Part shown: piece by piece, positions 1-9,375 of the stretch
Position numbering within the stretch: position 1 is the first letter of the stretch
Layout of the letters: every line of letters starts with the position of its first letter
IMG/VR virus record: IMGVR_UViG_3300028569_002586
Coordinates: 93,012-157,011 of that record
Strand: one strand, 5' to 3'
Source: a virus
Length of the DNA stretch: 64,000 bases
The notes under the pieces: model-generated
Told to the model about the DNA's origin: nothing
Seen by the model: the letters and a program-made list of their open reading frames with translations, nothing else
Database searches by the model: none
Translations under genes and position numbers: made by a program

Positions 1-320
1 AATATATTGGTAAAAAGCAGTGCAAGTCCAAGCTTAAGCGCAAACCTTTGAAGGGTAAGGTTAATAAGAGAATAGAGATCAAGGAATCAGATTGGAGGGA
101 GTACACAAGTTCATCCAATGAACTCAATCAAGACATAGAAAGGATTGGTAAGGATAAATTTGTTTTTAAAATACTCAGAGAGTGTGGATCAAAGTGGGAG
201 TTAGCATATTTTGAAATTAGAGAGCAACTAGACAGGAATGTTCTTCTTAAGGAAGATTATTATAATGGCATTATAAATGTAAGAATTGGCAGACCTCCAA
301 AAAATTTCTTGATTACTTGA
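1..320 (+). CDS. GIY-YIG-family endonuclease-like protein (5' partial)
   Basis: Frame is open from base 3 (YIGKKQCKSK...), then ESDW..Y.SSS, F..KILREC, YYNGII; typical T4-like GIY-YIG protein. Confidence 0.75.
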   Translation, partial: YIGKKQCKSKLKRKPLKGKVNKRIEIKESDWREYTSSSNELNQDIERIGKDKFVFKILRECGSKWELAYFEIREQLDRNVLLKEDYYNGIINVRIGRPPKNFLIT

Positions 321-342
321 CTGTTTCATGCAATAATACAGT

Positions 343-900
343 ATGCTAAAAGATGTTATACTGAAGGAACACAATCTGCATATTGTAAATTTTTTTTATG
401 TTTTTAAGACACAGGTGGAGAGAGATCTTGTGGATGAGCTGCATAGGTTTGAGCTACTTGGTGATACATGCAGTACGACAATAAGGAGATTGTTCCTACA
501 CCACACCATCTATAAGCTTTGCGAGTATTTGCTGAAATGCAGTAGCAGAGAGAAAGTTATAATTTATTTTGATCTGAATAATATTTACGACAGCGAGCTG
601 GCAAAATATCTTACAGAAGAAAAGGTTAAAAAATATTTAGAATTAGTTTTTCGAAAAATAAAGAGTATACTGCCATTGCGCATATACTTCTCAACATTCT
701 CTCTCGACTATCTCAATAACAAGAGAAAAGAAGGTATAGGCATAGAAACCATTAATAGGATAAAAAATATGCTCTATAAGCATGATTTTAACAGGTTTAC
801 ATTTGAAAGATGTAAGAAGTTCATTAAAAAAGAGGGGCTATACTTTCTTGATAAGCATTACTTTGATAATCTTAAATCTAAACAATTGTTGCTTGTATAA
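343..900 (+). CDS. hypothetical protein
   Basis: 185-aa ORF; TTGATT-17-AATAAT 5 nt before the ATG. Confidence 0.7.
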   Translation: MLKDVILKEHNLHIVNFFYVFKTQVERDLVDELHRFELLGDTCSTTIRRLFLHHTIYKLCEYLLKCSSREKVIIYFDLNNIYDSELAKYLTEEKVKKYLELVFRKIKSILPLRIYFSTFSLDYLNNKRKEGIGIETINRIKNMLYKHDFNRFTFERCKKFIKKEGLYFLDKHYFDNLKSKQLLLV

Positions 901-911
901 TAAATAATGAT

Positions 912-1376
912 ATGGGATTTAAGGAAAAGCTTAACGAATATGTACTATCTTTAGAACAAGATGCAGCTGCAGTAGGTCAGCCTGCACAACAAGATGCTTC
1001 TCAACCTATTACACAGCCTGTAGCAATGCCTGCCCCTGATAAAGGCAAAGCAGCAGAGCCTCAGGGCATTGCGCCTGAGGGGTATGTGGAGCTTGTAAGA
1101 TTGTTAGCTAAAGCTCTTGTAATGAATGTACCACCAGAATCTATTGATGACCTCTTCTCAACACCTGTAACTAAGGAAAACGCAGAAGAGGTAAGAGAAG
1201 CGCTAGAGAAGCTAATGGGTACATCCAATAACTATAAGAACAATCCAGAGAAAGTTGACAATGTAAGTTTCATGAAATTTTATGATTCAATTAATGAAAA
1301 TAATTTTTATAATAAGCTCAAACATGTCATTTCTGTAATGAAGAAGTATAGTAATGATGTGGATGTAAAGCTATGA
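912..1376 (+). CDS. putative internal head protein
   Basis: TAAATA 5 nt upstream; N-terminus MGFKEKLNE resembles a capsid-targeting sequence (CTS). Confidence 0.6.
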   Translation: MGFKEKLNEYVLSLEQDAAAVGQPAQQDASQPITQPVAMPAPDKGKAAEPQGIAPEGYVELVRLLAKALVMNVPPESIDDLFSTPVTKENAEEVREALEKLMGTSNNYKNNPEKVDNVSFMKFYDSINENNFYNKLKHVISVMKKYSNDVDVKL

Positions 1377-2530
1377 AGTCAGGAAAAAAGTATACTTCTT
1401 TAGGAGAAGTTTATATAGAAAACACTCTAGGAAAAAAGCTGCCTCCGCTGCCCAGACAAATACTAGAAAGAGTAAGGATTTCGGTACAAAATGATCAGGG
1501 CGATACAGAAGATTTTATTGTTTCAGATACATGGTATAACAAAGCAATTAGAGAAAAGCTTAAATTAGGCAGTCAAAATCAAGATACATATTATGAATTG
1601 ATACACAGCAGGTGTGTTGATGCAGGTATTCTGCCTCAAGGCCATGAAGATATAAATGTAGATGCAGTAAAAATAATCTATAGTTATATTTTAAAGATAG
1701 CTGGTCCAGAGAAGATGAATGTGTTTTTTGAAAAATTTGTTGATAATGGTGAAAAAGTGGCACAGTTATTTGTTGGTGAGTTGAAGAAATTTCAACGGTT
1801 TAATATATTTGATGTATTATCTAGCTTTTATGGCATACCGTTTGTTTATGACCCTGATATCTTTGTATTAAGGCCTTTTAAAGCAGCAAAAAGTACAAGA
1901 GGCGCAGCAGGGCCTGGTGAAGCATTTATGTCGTTTTTCTTTTTTGGTAAAAAATACGAGGTGGGTGATCTTGTTATTCCTTATGGCGGTGCAGCATTTG
2001 AAATAGAAATCAAGAAGCAAAAAGGACGCATAGGGAAAGATGTTAATCGTAACGGTGGGATGAATGCGAGAAAATTATATCCAACGTTGGCAGGACTAGA
2101 TGTAAATGCTTTACAAGAGTTTATTAAAAAGTATAATTTAAAAACATTAAGAGATATATTGCTGGGTACTGATGCCTTTGCAGGTATTTCAGGGGTATCA
2201 AAATATCCTAACTTACAATTAGATTCCTCTTTTTTAAATCAAAATATAACATCATTCAAGGATTATTTTAGTACTTTGAATGATCTAGAGCCATATATTG
2301 GCTTGATGCAGATGAAGCAGTATTTTGAGCTTATTAAAAAGTTTGATTGCATTATGATTTTTACAGAAAAAGGTATTGCTCTGGGTATTGAGAGAGATCT
2401 AGTTTTAGCTAAATCTCTGCTAGATCTTGTAGCGCACATGAAGACCATAGGTGTTAGGTTGAAGAGAAAAACAGCAGTAAAAGGTGGTGCTACGGTTTAT
2501 GATAACGAGGGCTTGCAGATCTTGATATGA
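1373..2530 (+). CDS. PD-(D/E)xK nuclease-like protein
   Basis: GPGE...GDL...EIEIK motif order; ATGA coupling to the upstream gene. Confidence 0.5.
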   Translation: MKSGKKYTSLGEVYIENTLGKKLPPLPRQILERVRISVQNDQGDTEDFIVSDTWYNKAIREKLKLGSQNQDTYYELIHSRCVDAGILPQGHEDINVDAVKIIYSYILKIAGPEKMNVFFEKFVDNGEKVAQLFVGELKKFQRFNIFDVLSSFYGIPFVYDPDIFVLRPFKAAKSTRGAAGPGEAFMSFFFFGKKYEVGDLVIPYGGAAFEIEIKKQKGRIGKDVNRNGGMNARKLYPTLAGLDVNALQEFIKKYNLKTLRDILLGTDAFAGISGVSKYPNLQLDSSFLNQNITSFKDYFSTLNDLEPYIGLMQMKQYFELIKKFDCIMIFTEKGIALGIERDLVLAKSLLDLVAHMKTIGVRLKRKTAVKGGATVYDNEGLQILI

Positions 2531-2560
2531 TAACTATAGAGCAAATAAATAAATAATAGT

Positions 2561-3466
2561 ATGAACAAAGATGTACATCTAATATATGAAGCATTTGTCA
2601 ACAAAGGTGTGCAGATCACGATTACGGACTACATTGAAGAGGACAAGGTTTTCTCAATTAACACAACAGTCAAACAATTTGATGCCAAGCATGTGGCTCA
2701 TGCATTTGTGAAACATGCATATGGCAAATATGACCAAGAAAGAGTGGAGCCAGCATTGCAATCTGTGTTGGCCAGTATGCAAGTTAATCCATATGGTGAA
2801 AAGCCAGGCATCATAGAATTGAGCATACAAGAATTTGCAGGTGATGGCATGGATCATTATGTGGAAGCCAAGATGTTTGGCAAAGAAGAGAATGCAGAGC
2901 AATATGAACAGAACCGCATTGTGGGTAACACCATCATGCAAGATGATCAGGAAGTTGGAGCATTTTTGGGTGATTCATACAGCAGCAAATTGACCTTGAA
3001 TGGCAAACAAATGTTCATGCCTGGTGCTCCTTATGCTCAAACTGTGAATCAAGGTACACACATGGGGTTGTGGTACCTGAACAGGAGGCACAGATTGATT
3101 GTGAAGGATGCAAGCAAATGGAAAGAATTCTTGAGTGACATTGTGTCCACAAGTGATGACAAATATTGGGATGGCAAGAAGATGCATCAACATGATCACA
3201 TTGGTGACAAGATTGCTGCTTCAAATGCATATTGGACCAAGAAGATTGCTGCAGGAGCAGATCAACGTGCAGAAGATGCAGAGGGAATTTCTTTTAAGAA
3301 GGGTGATAATGTTTATTTTAATGATTCAAATTACCCTTCTTATAAAAATATAGTATTTCAAATAAGAGATTTACATGGAGAAGATGCAAATCTATGGAGT
3401 AATGAGCTGCCTTCTTCTGGGAAGCCATTCTGGGTTAAAATAAAAAATTTAAAAAAAGCTCACTAA
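2561..3466 (+). CDS. putative internal head protein
   Basis: TAAATA-ATAGT-ATG; N-terminus MNKDVHLIYEAF. Confidence 0.55.
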   Translation: MNKDVHLIYEAFVNKGVQITITDYIEEDKVFSINTTVKQFDAKHVAHAFVKHAYGKYDQERVEPALQSVLASMQVNPYGEKPGIIELSIQEFAGDGMDHYVEAKMFGKEENAEQYEQNRIVGNTIMQDDQEVGAFLGDSYSSKLTLNGKQMFMPGAPYAQTVNQGTHMGLWYLNRRHRLIVKDASKWKEFLSDIVSTSDDKYWDGKKMHQHDHIGDKIAASNAYWTKKIAAGADQRAEDAEGISFKKGDNVYFNDSNYPSYKNIVFQIRDLHGEDANLWSNELPSSGKPFWVKIKNLKKAH

Positions 3467-3482
3467 GGGAATAGTTTTTAAT

Positions 3483-4730
3483 ATGAATACCTTTGAAGAA
3501 TATTTTCTCCTTGAGGGGGGTGCAGCAGGCCATATGGCGCATCCTTTTGATCTGTCTTCTGTACGTACTGGTAGAGATCTTGTAAGTTTTTTTAAGAGAG
3601 CTAGTGATAGTATTAAAAAAGATAAGACCAGCGTTAAATTTGATGGGTTAAATATAAGCTTAAAGCTCATACAAGATGGTGACAAGTATAGATTTGCACT
3701 TGATAGAGGTAGCAACAAGCCAGCAGATATAAAAGGCATTACAGCAGATAATATAGAAGAAAGATTTGATAAGGGGCATGGCATGATTCCTGTGGGTAAG
3801 TTTATATTGAGTGTAATGGATAGTGCTCTTGATACAATACAACCAGAACTCAAGGCACTGGGTCTCTACAATTCAAATAAATTTTTAAATACAGAATATA
3901 TTACAAAGCTGACTAACGTTACAGAATATGATAGAAATATGATTGTATTTCATGGTATTAATGAGTTTTTTAACGAAAAGAGTCCTTTGAAGAGAACAAC
4001 AAGAAGAGTATCACGTGAAATACCATATAATAAGAAAGCGTTAAATGAGCTTGTATTGAAATTGAGACCCATCTTTAAACAACACGAATTTGAAGTGTTT
4101 GGTCCTACAAAAGCAACAAGCACAGGTGACATAGATTATAGCTCTGCACTCAACAGTACCTTTGGTATAGTGTATACAGGTAATGATATGCAGACAAAAT
4201 CTCTCAAGGGATGGTTGGATCAAGCAAAAAATCCAAGTAAGCTCTTTGTTCGTGATTCGAGGAATAAAAAAATACCTGCCATGTCAAAGTCAAATTATCT
4301 TTATGTGCTATCAGGCAAGCCTGTTGCAAATCTTGTGGGTAACAATCCAGATTACCAGAAGGCTGTGGCAGATGGTGCAATATTTTATCATGCAACACGT
4401 CTGCTGGGCAATGAGCTTCTTAAAACTCTTGGCTCAGAAGCAGGAGAGCTTGCAAAACATGAAGGTATTGTGATAAGAGATTCAAAGGTTGCTTCAGTGC
4501 CAGTGAAAATAACAGGTGAATTTATTGTTAAGGGCATGTCCAGTCAATTTCAAAAATCTGAGAATGAAGAGGGCATGGGTGGTTTAACTGGTGCAATTAA
4601 TTACATTAACAACAGAGGATATTCAAATTCTTCAGGTAATCCTGTAGATCCAAATAATTATATGGATAATGTGAATTACATAAACAGACCAAGCTACGGC
4701 TCACCGCCCAAAGTGGGGAGCAATGTATAA
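3483..4730 (+). CDS. ligase-superfamily nucleotidyltransferase-like protein (DUF6267-like) with CTS propeptide
   Basis: LLEGGAAGHMAHPFD, SVKFDG (KxDG motif I), HEGIVIRD (motif IV-like), VKITG (motif V-like). Confidence 0.6.
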   Translation: MNTFEEYFLLEGGAAGHMAHPFDLSSVRTGRDLVSFFKRASDSIKKDKTSVKFDGLNISLKLIQDGDKYRFALDRGSNKPADIKGITADNIEERFDKGHGMIPVGKFILSVMDSALDTIQPELKALGLYNSNKFLNTEYITKLTNVTEYDRNMIVFHGINEFFNEKSPLKRTTRRVSREIPYNKKALNELVLKLRPIFKQHEFEVFGPTKATSTGDIDYSSALNSTFGIVYTGNDMQTKSLKGWLDQAKNPSKLFVRDSRNKKIPAMSKSNYLYVLSGKPVANLVGNNPDYQKAVADGAIFYHATRLLGNELLKTLGSEAGELAKHEGIVIRDSKVASVPVKITGEFIVKGMSSQFQKSENEEGMGGLTGAINYINNRGYSNSSGNPVDPNNYMDNVNYINRPSYGSPPKVGSNV

Positions 4731-5287
4731 TGACATTTAAAAGGTTTCTTGCAGAACAGTTGAAAGATCGTGTTGTGATATTGCCCGGTGGATTTAAACC
4801 GCCGCATAAGGGTCACTTTGAAGCACTTAAATTCTTATTAAAAGAAGCAAAAGCTACACAAGCAAAAGTTTTTGTGGGCAGAGCAGAGCGCGACGGCATT
4901 ACACAAGATCAAGCAGTTAAGATATGGAATATATACAAGAAGTATATTCCTGCTACAGTGGAAATTGTACCAGTATCTGGTGTTGATAAAGCAGGGAGAG
5001 AGTCAACACCTCTCAGTCTAACATATGACTTCATAGAAGATAATAAAGATTCCTTTAATCGTTTCTATGTTGGTGCAGGACAAGAAGACCTTGCAAGATT
5101 CAAAGGACTAGAAAAAGATAAAGCAAGATATCCCAATACAACAGTAATAGCCATACCACCACAATTTGGCAGGCTATCAGGAACTGATACACGAAAAAAG
5201 ATTCAAAATAAAGACAGTGATGCTTTGAGCTTTGTACCTAGTGGTATTAAAGAAGTGGATGCAATAAAAGCAATCTTAGCTCTCTAA
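4730..5287 (+). CDS. HIGH-family cytidylyl/adenylyltransferase-like protein
   Basis: PGGFKPPHKGH and LSGTDTR motifs; N-terminus MTFKRFLAE. Confidence 0.8.
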   Translation: MTFKRFLAEQLKDRVVILPGGFKPPHKGHFEALKFLLKEAKATQAKVFVGRAERDGITQDQAVKIWNIYKKYIPATVEIVPVSGVDKAGRESTPLSLTYDFIEDNKDSFNRFYVGAGQEDLARFKGLEKDKARYPNTTVIAIPPQFGRLSGTDTRKKIQNKDSDALSFVPSGIKEVDAIKAILAL

Positions 5288-5956
5288 TTGCTTAATAACT
5301 TCAAGAAATAACTTCTCTTTTGTTTCTCTTGATTCTCTATTCAATACATGCTTGAGATTAAGAATTAAATCATCGCCACCCTTATTAATTGCATTATATA
5401 AATCAATTTCTGTCTCTTCTTGCTGCACATCTAATCCCCCCATCATTTTAATTTTCTCTTTAAAACTTTCAAAATCTTTGTATCCAAATACAGAGTTAAG
5501 ATTGTCATGAGCTTTGGAAATTTTATCAAGCACCCAGGCTTCAACTTCAGTACCATTTCTCATGAGTGGGTACAGCATGGAGGCCAATTTAAATATTCTA
5601 AAAATAAGCTGCTTTGCCATGTAGGCATCTGAATCAGTATGTTCTTCTTCTGATCCACAGATGCCACCGCATTCTTCACAGTTCTCATCTTCTTCAGCTT
5701 CAGCTTCAGCTGGATCTGCAGCAGCCTGCTGTTGTGCAGGTGTTTGAATCATTACAGTCTTTTTTAGAGATTGTGGTGTTGCAACACTGGATACCACCCC
5801 GTCCTTGACAACTTTCTTTTTAGGCATTAGCACGGCAACACGTTTTTCAGGTGAAAGGCCTTCAGAAGGACCATCCTGTGGGCCTTGGCCAAGATTTAGC
5901 TCACTGATCCTGGTTCTATATGCCTCTGTAATCAATTCTGCATCACGTCTGAACAT
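5276..5956 (-). CDS. putative internal head protein
   Basis: TAAATA 5 nt upstream; MFRRDAELITEAY; EAWVLDKISKA motif seen in T4-like hypothetical proteins. Confidence 0.6.
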   Translation of the reverse strand: MFRRDAELITEAYRTRISELNLGQGPQDGPSEGLSPEKRVAVLMPKKKVVKDGVVSSVATPQSLKKTVMIQTPAQQQAAADPAEAEAEEDENCEECGGICGSEEEHTDSDAYMAKQLIFRIFKLASMLYPLMRNGTEVEAWVLDKISKAHDNLNSVFGYKDFESFKEKIKMMGGLDVQQEETEIDLYNAINKGGDDLILNLKHVLNRESRETKEKLFLEVIKQLES

Positions 5957-6000
5957 ATAAATATTTAATCCAACAGGTGGTTAAAATATAAATAATTAAA

Positions 6001-6291
6001 GTGAAGACATTTGAAACAATATTTCTTGAATCCATTGATAGTGACCTACTTACTGAAAAAGCAGGTGCACGCTGCACCAAAGTTACAGGCCAGATGTCAT
6101 CAACAAGATCTGATAAAAAATACATGAGATGTGCAAGAGTCGATGGCACTCTTAAAAGAATACATTATGGAGATCCAAATCTGAGAATTAAAAAGTCAAA
6201 TTCTAAGCGTCGCAAGAGTTTTAGAGCAAGACACAAATGCTCTTCAGCAAAGCCTGGTACACCTAAATACTATAGCTGTAAAAACTGGTAA
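6001..6291 (+). CDS. small basic conserved phage protein with CTS propeptide
   Basis: TATAAATA-6-GTG; MKTFETIFLES; HYGDP...RRKSFRARHKC...YYSCKNW. Confidence 0.7.
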   Translation: MKTFETIFLESIDSDLLTEKAGARCTKVTGQMSSTRSDKKYMRCARVDGTLKRIHYGDPNLRIKKSNSKRRKSFRARHKCSSAKPGTPKYYSCKNW

Positions 6292-6692
6292 TGAAGACGT
6301 TCAAACAATATATACAGGAAAAGTTAACACTTAGTGTTGTTGAAGCTATTCAGATAAAAGATGTTGGTGAGGCTGCTGCAAAGGTTGATACAGGCAATGA
6401 AGCATTTAATGTATTGCATGGTACAGATATTGAACATACAGAAAGAGGTGTTAAGTTTAAAACCCTGCATGATAAAGCAATGGAAAAGCCTATACTAAAA
6501 GAGATTGAAATTAATATAGGCAGTGGTAATCTTGAAAAAAGACCAGTAGTGGAGATTGAGTTTACAATGAGAGGTAGAACCTATACCAAGCCTTTTAGTA
6601 TTGCAGACAGAAGCACTAACGATGAGCCTGTTTTACTTGGAGAAGTTTTCTTGAGAGAAATTGATGCTGTTGTTGATGTCAATCAACAGTAA
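6291..6692 (+). CDS. retropepsin-like aspartic protease (RimK-associated 'Zn protease' family) with CTS
   Basis: AKVDTGN, RPVVEI, DRS..EPVLLG; N-terminus MKTFKQYIQE. Confidence 0.8.
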   Translation: MKTFKQYIQEKLTLSVVEAIQIKDVGEAAAKVDTGNEAFNVLHGTDIEHTERGVKFKTLHDKAMEKPILKEIEINIGSGNLEKRPVVEIEFTMRGRTYTKPFSIADRSTNDEPVLLGEVFLREIDAVVDVNQQ

Positions 6693-6695
6693 CTG

Positions 6696-7355
6696 TTAAT
6701 CTCTTTTATTCTGAGCAAACTCAACAAACTTATAAAATTCTGCTCTGGAGTTGTCATCATTATCCAGAAATGCACCAGACATGCGAGCAGTGCGCATGGT
6801 AGAGTCATGTCTGATGCCCCTATTTGAGCAACATGTATGGGCTGCTTCAATCATAACTGCCACGCCATTGTTTTTCTCACATACCAAGTCAATATAAGCA
6901 TGAATTTGCATGGTAAGATTTTCTTGCACTTGAGGTCTGCGAGCAAACCAATCCACAATTCTATTCAGCTTGCTCAAGCCAATTACCTTACCATCTGTTG
7001 ATGGTATGTAAGCAACATGTGCATACCCTGTGAAAGGAGCATGATGATGAGAACAAAGTGACGTGAGTTTAATGTTATTCTGACAAACCATGCCATCATA
7101 TTGATCCACATTTATAAAAGCAGTTACCTTGGGTGGGTTACTGTAACAGCCTGCTGCAAAGTCTTCAACAAATGCTTTTGCTACTCTATGAGGTGTGTTG
7201 GAGCTGTTGGGATCATTTCTCCAGTCATAACCCAGGGCATCCATGTATGCTTCATAGGCTTTTGCAGCTTTCTCTATGATTTCATTGCGTTCCTCCAGGG
7301 TATGTGGGTGATTATGGTTAGCGAATTGAAACTTCTTTGTGTTACTCATGAACAT
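6696..7355 (-). CDS. folE: GTP cyclohydrolase I
   Basis: TPHRVAK, SLCSHHHAPF, VIGLSKLNRIV..FARRPQVQE, HTCCSNRG. Confidence 0.96.
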   Translation of the reverse strand: MFMSNTKKFQFANHNHPHTLEERNEIIEKAAKAYEAYMDALGYDWRNDPNSSNTPHRVAKAFVEDFAAGCYSNPPKVTAFINVDQYDGMVCQNNIKLTSLCSHHHAPFTGYAHVAYIPSTDGKVIGLSKLNRIVDWFARRPQVQENLTMQIHAYIDLVCEKNNGVAVMIEAAHTCCSNRGIRHDSTMRTARMSGAFLDNDDNSRAEFYKFVEFAQNKRD

Positions 7356-7396
7356 GTATTATATGATATAAGCTATTGAGTTCAATAAATAATATT

Positions 7397-7834
7397 ATGG
7401 GATTTCATTCTTTATTAAAAGAGTCTCTTTTGAATACTAATTTGAAGAGGATACGCATCAAAACTGATCCAGCACAAGTAGCTAAGAATCAAGATTTTAG
7501 AAAAATTGCAGGGTATGAAGGCTTCATACTAGGGGAGTGTCAAGGTAAGATGAAAATTCTTGTGCTGGATCCAGAGCTCACCATAGCAGGTGACATACCA
7601 GAGGAAATGTTGGAAATGTTAGCACAAAGAAATGATGTGGATGTGATGAATGAATTTAGAGAGTATGCAAAAGAATGCTTAATTAAACTCAAAGGAAAGC
7701 AGAATAATGACCCGGCATTTGCACAGATAGACAATGCTGCAACATTAGCGGATGCAGAGGTATTCCTAAAACAGGGTGGGTTCACAGAAGCAGAGGTGAA
7801 TGATCTGTACAGGAGGTTCATCGGCAATGATTAA
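7397..7834 (+). CDS. putative internal head protein
   Basis: Start reassigned to ATG 7397 after TAAATA; MGFHSLLKES. Confidence 0.6.
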   Translation: MGFHSLLKESLLNTNLKRIRIKTDPAQVAKNQDFRKIAGYEGFILGECQGKMKILVLDPELTIAGDIPEEMLEMLAQRNDVDVMNEFREYAKECLIKLKGKQNNDPAFAQIDNAATLADAEVFLKQGGFTEAEVNDLYRRFIGND

Positions 7835-8369
7835 TTTCGAGCAATATTATAATGAAGGCCTTGGCAGTTTCGTAAAGAAAATGGGTGGTGACATAAGTAG
7901 AGGTATCAAAAAGACTGTACGTACAGCTCTTAATCCCGGGACATATATAGCTGCAGCTGGTAATGCTATTAAAGCAGCTCCAGGGGTTGTTGGTGCAGCT
8001 GGTAAATTCATGAAACAAGGCCCAAGTATTGCAGGTACAGCAGCAGGTATAGCAGGAGCTGCAGGGGGTGCACTAGCTAAGACAGGTGAATATGTAAAAG
8101 CAGGATGGGGAGATCAAGATATCTTGATCTCCAACAAGCCGGCCGGCGGCGAAAATCTTGATATACCAACATATCAGAACCTTGCAGCATCAGGTAAGAT
8201 AAAATTGAGCCTACCAGCTGGTAAGACAAATCTATCTCAGCTAGCAGCAGGAGATTCATACAGTGTTGTAAACAAGAGAACAGGGCAATCAACACAATAT
8301 AAAGTCACAAATAAGCAGGGCAATACCATCCAGGTAGTTGATGCTGCAGTTATGCAAAAGAAAGTATAG
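7827..8369 (+). CDS. Gly/Ala-rich putative internal head protein
   Basis: AGGAGG before ATG 7827; MINFEQYYNEG. Confidence 0.6.
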   Translation: MINFEQYYNEGLGSFVKKMGGDISRGIKKTVRTALNPGTYIAAAGNAIKAAPGVVGAAGKFMKQGPSIAGTAAGIAGAAGGALAKTGEYVKAGWGDQDILISNKPAGGENLDIPTYQNLAASGKIKLSLPAGKTNLSQLAAGDSYSVVNKRTGQSTQYKVTNKQGNTIQVVDAAVMQKKV

Positions 8370-8393
8370 GTAGCTAAATCTGAAAATAACCAG

Positions 8394-8421
8394 TTGATTT
8401 CTTGTTTTTTTCTGTTATAAT
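8394..8421 (+). promoter_or_regulatory. sigma70-like promoter (upstream queD promoter)
   Basis: TTGATT-16-TATAAT. Confidence 0.55.
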
Positions 8422-8454
8422 ATCAATAGGTATAGAAAGAATAACTTTGGTGAG

Positions 8455-8482
8455 TTGATTATTATTGTTAATCAGTTATTAT
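8455..8482 (+). promoter_or_regulatory. sigma70-like promoter, leaderless queD
   Basis: TTGATT-16-TATTAT-6-ATG. Confidence 0.55.
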
Positions 8483-8488
8483 GTTGAT

Positions 8489-9190
8489 ATGAAATTTACG
8501 AGTACAAAGATAATAGAATTAGGTTCATGCGCATTCAGACAATGGAGAGCAGACAGTCACTGCAAGTTCATACATGGTTACAGATTAATAGCGAAATTCT
8601 ATTTTACATGTGATTATTTGGATGAAAGAAATTGGGTAGTAGATTTTGGTGGTCTTAAGGAGCTCAAGCAAGTACTAGAGAAGCAATTTGATCATACATT
8701 CTGTGTATCAGCTGATGATCCTTTACTAGAACAATTCAAAGCTTTGCATGCTTCAGGAGCAGCAGATCTGAGAATTATGCCCAAGGGTGTTGGCATAGAG
8801 AGAACAACAGAGTGGTGTTTTGAAATAGCAGATGCACATGTGAGAAGCATTACAAACAACAGATGTTGGGTAGATAAAGTTGAAGTATGGGAGCATGATA
8901 AAAATTCTGCAATTGCAGAGTATGCTGCACCTGCAACATTCATCAATAGCAAACATGACACAAAAGTTGAAGGTAGGTTCATTGCTGAACAATATGAGCT
9001 CAAGCTTGATCAACCCACAACTCCATATGCTACAGCTGTGGGCGCACCAGCACCAGGCATTACAAAGGTTTCTGAGGGTGGTCAAATTGACAATACACCT
9101 CTAAAGAAGGATATTAAACCTGCACCCTTGTACACACAGAAGAGCAGTGGATATGGTAATCTCTTTGGTGGCACCTCCTGGGGTACATGA
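8489..9190 (+). CDS. queD: 6-carboxytetrahydropterin synthase (QueD/PTPS) with C-terminal extension
   Basis: SCAFRQWRADSHCKFIHGY, WVVDFGGLK, FDHT, VEVWEHDKNSA. Confidence 0.88.
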   Translation: MKFTSTKIIELGSCAFRQWRADSHCKFIHGYRLIAKFYFTCDYLDERNWVVDFGGLKELKQVLEKQFDHTFCVSADDPLLEQFKALHASGAADLRIMPKGVGIERTTEWCFEIADAHVRSITNNRCWVDKVEVWEHDKNSAIAEYAAPATFINSKHDTKVEGRFIAEQYELKLDQPTTPYATAVGAPAPGITKVSEGGQIDNTPLKKDIKPAPLYTQKSSGYGNLFGGTSWGT

Positions 9191-9375
9191 ACATAGACAG
9201 GGATCCTTTCATTGACAGTCTTCAAGAACAGCTTGAAGCTACACTTACAAAGGAATTAAAAGGTAAGATTGAATCTGCACCGGTGTTACAGAACACAAAA
9301 AGCAGTTCTGTCAGAGAAGTTAGCTTGGAAGACGCTTTAAGAGAATTACTGGAATTAGAGAAAAAGATTACTTGA
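9187..9375 (+). CDS. hypothetical protein
   Basis: 62 aa, ATGA-coupled to queD. Confidence 0.6.
   Translation: MNIDRDPFIDSLQEQLEATLTKELKGKIESAPVLQNTKSSSVREVSLEDALRELLELEKKIT

Noticed and set aside
8370-8488. Possible preQ1 riboswitch upstream of queD (also checked before folE, queE and dpdA)
   Set aside because: No P1 stem, conserved loop or A-rich tail; the space is taken up by promoters
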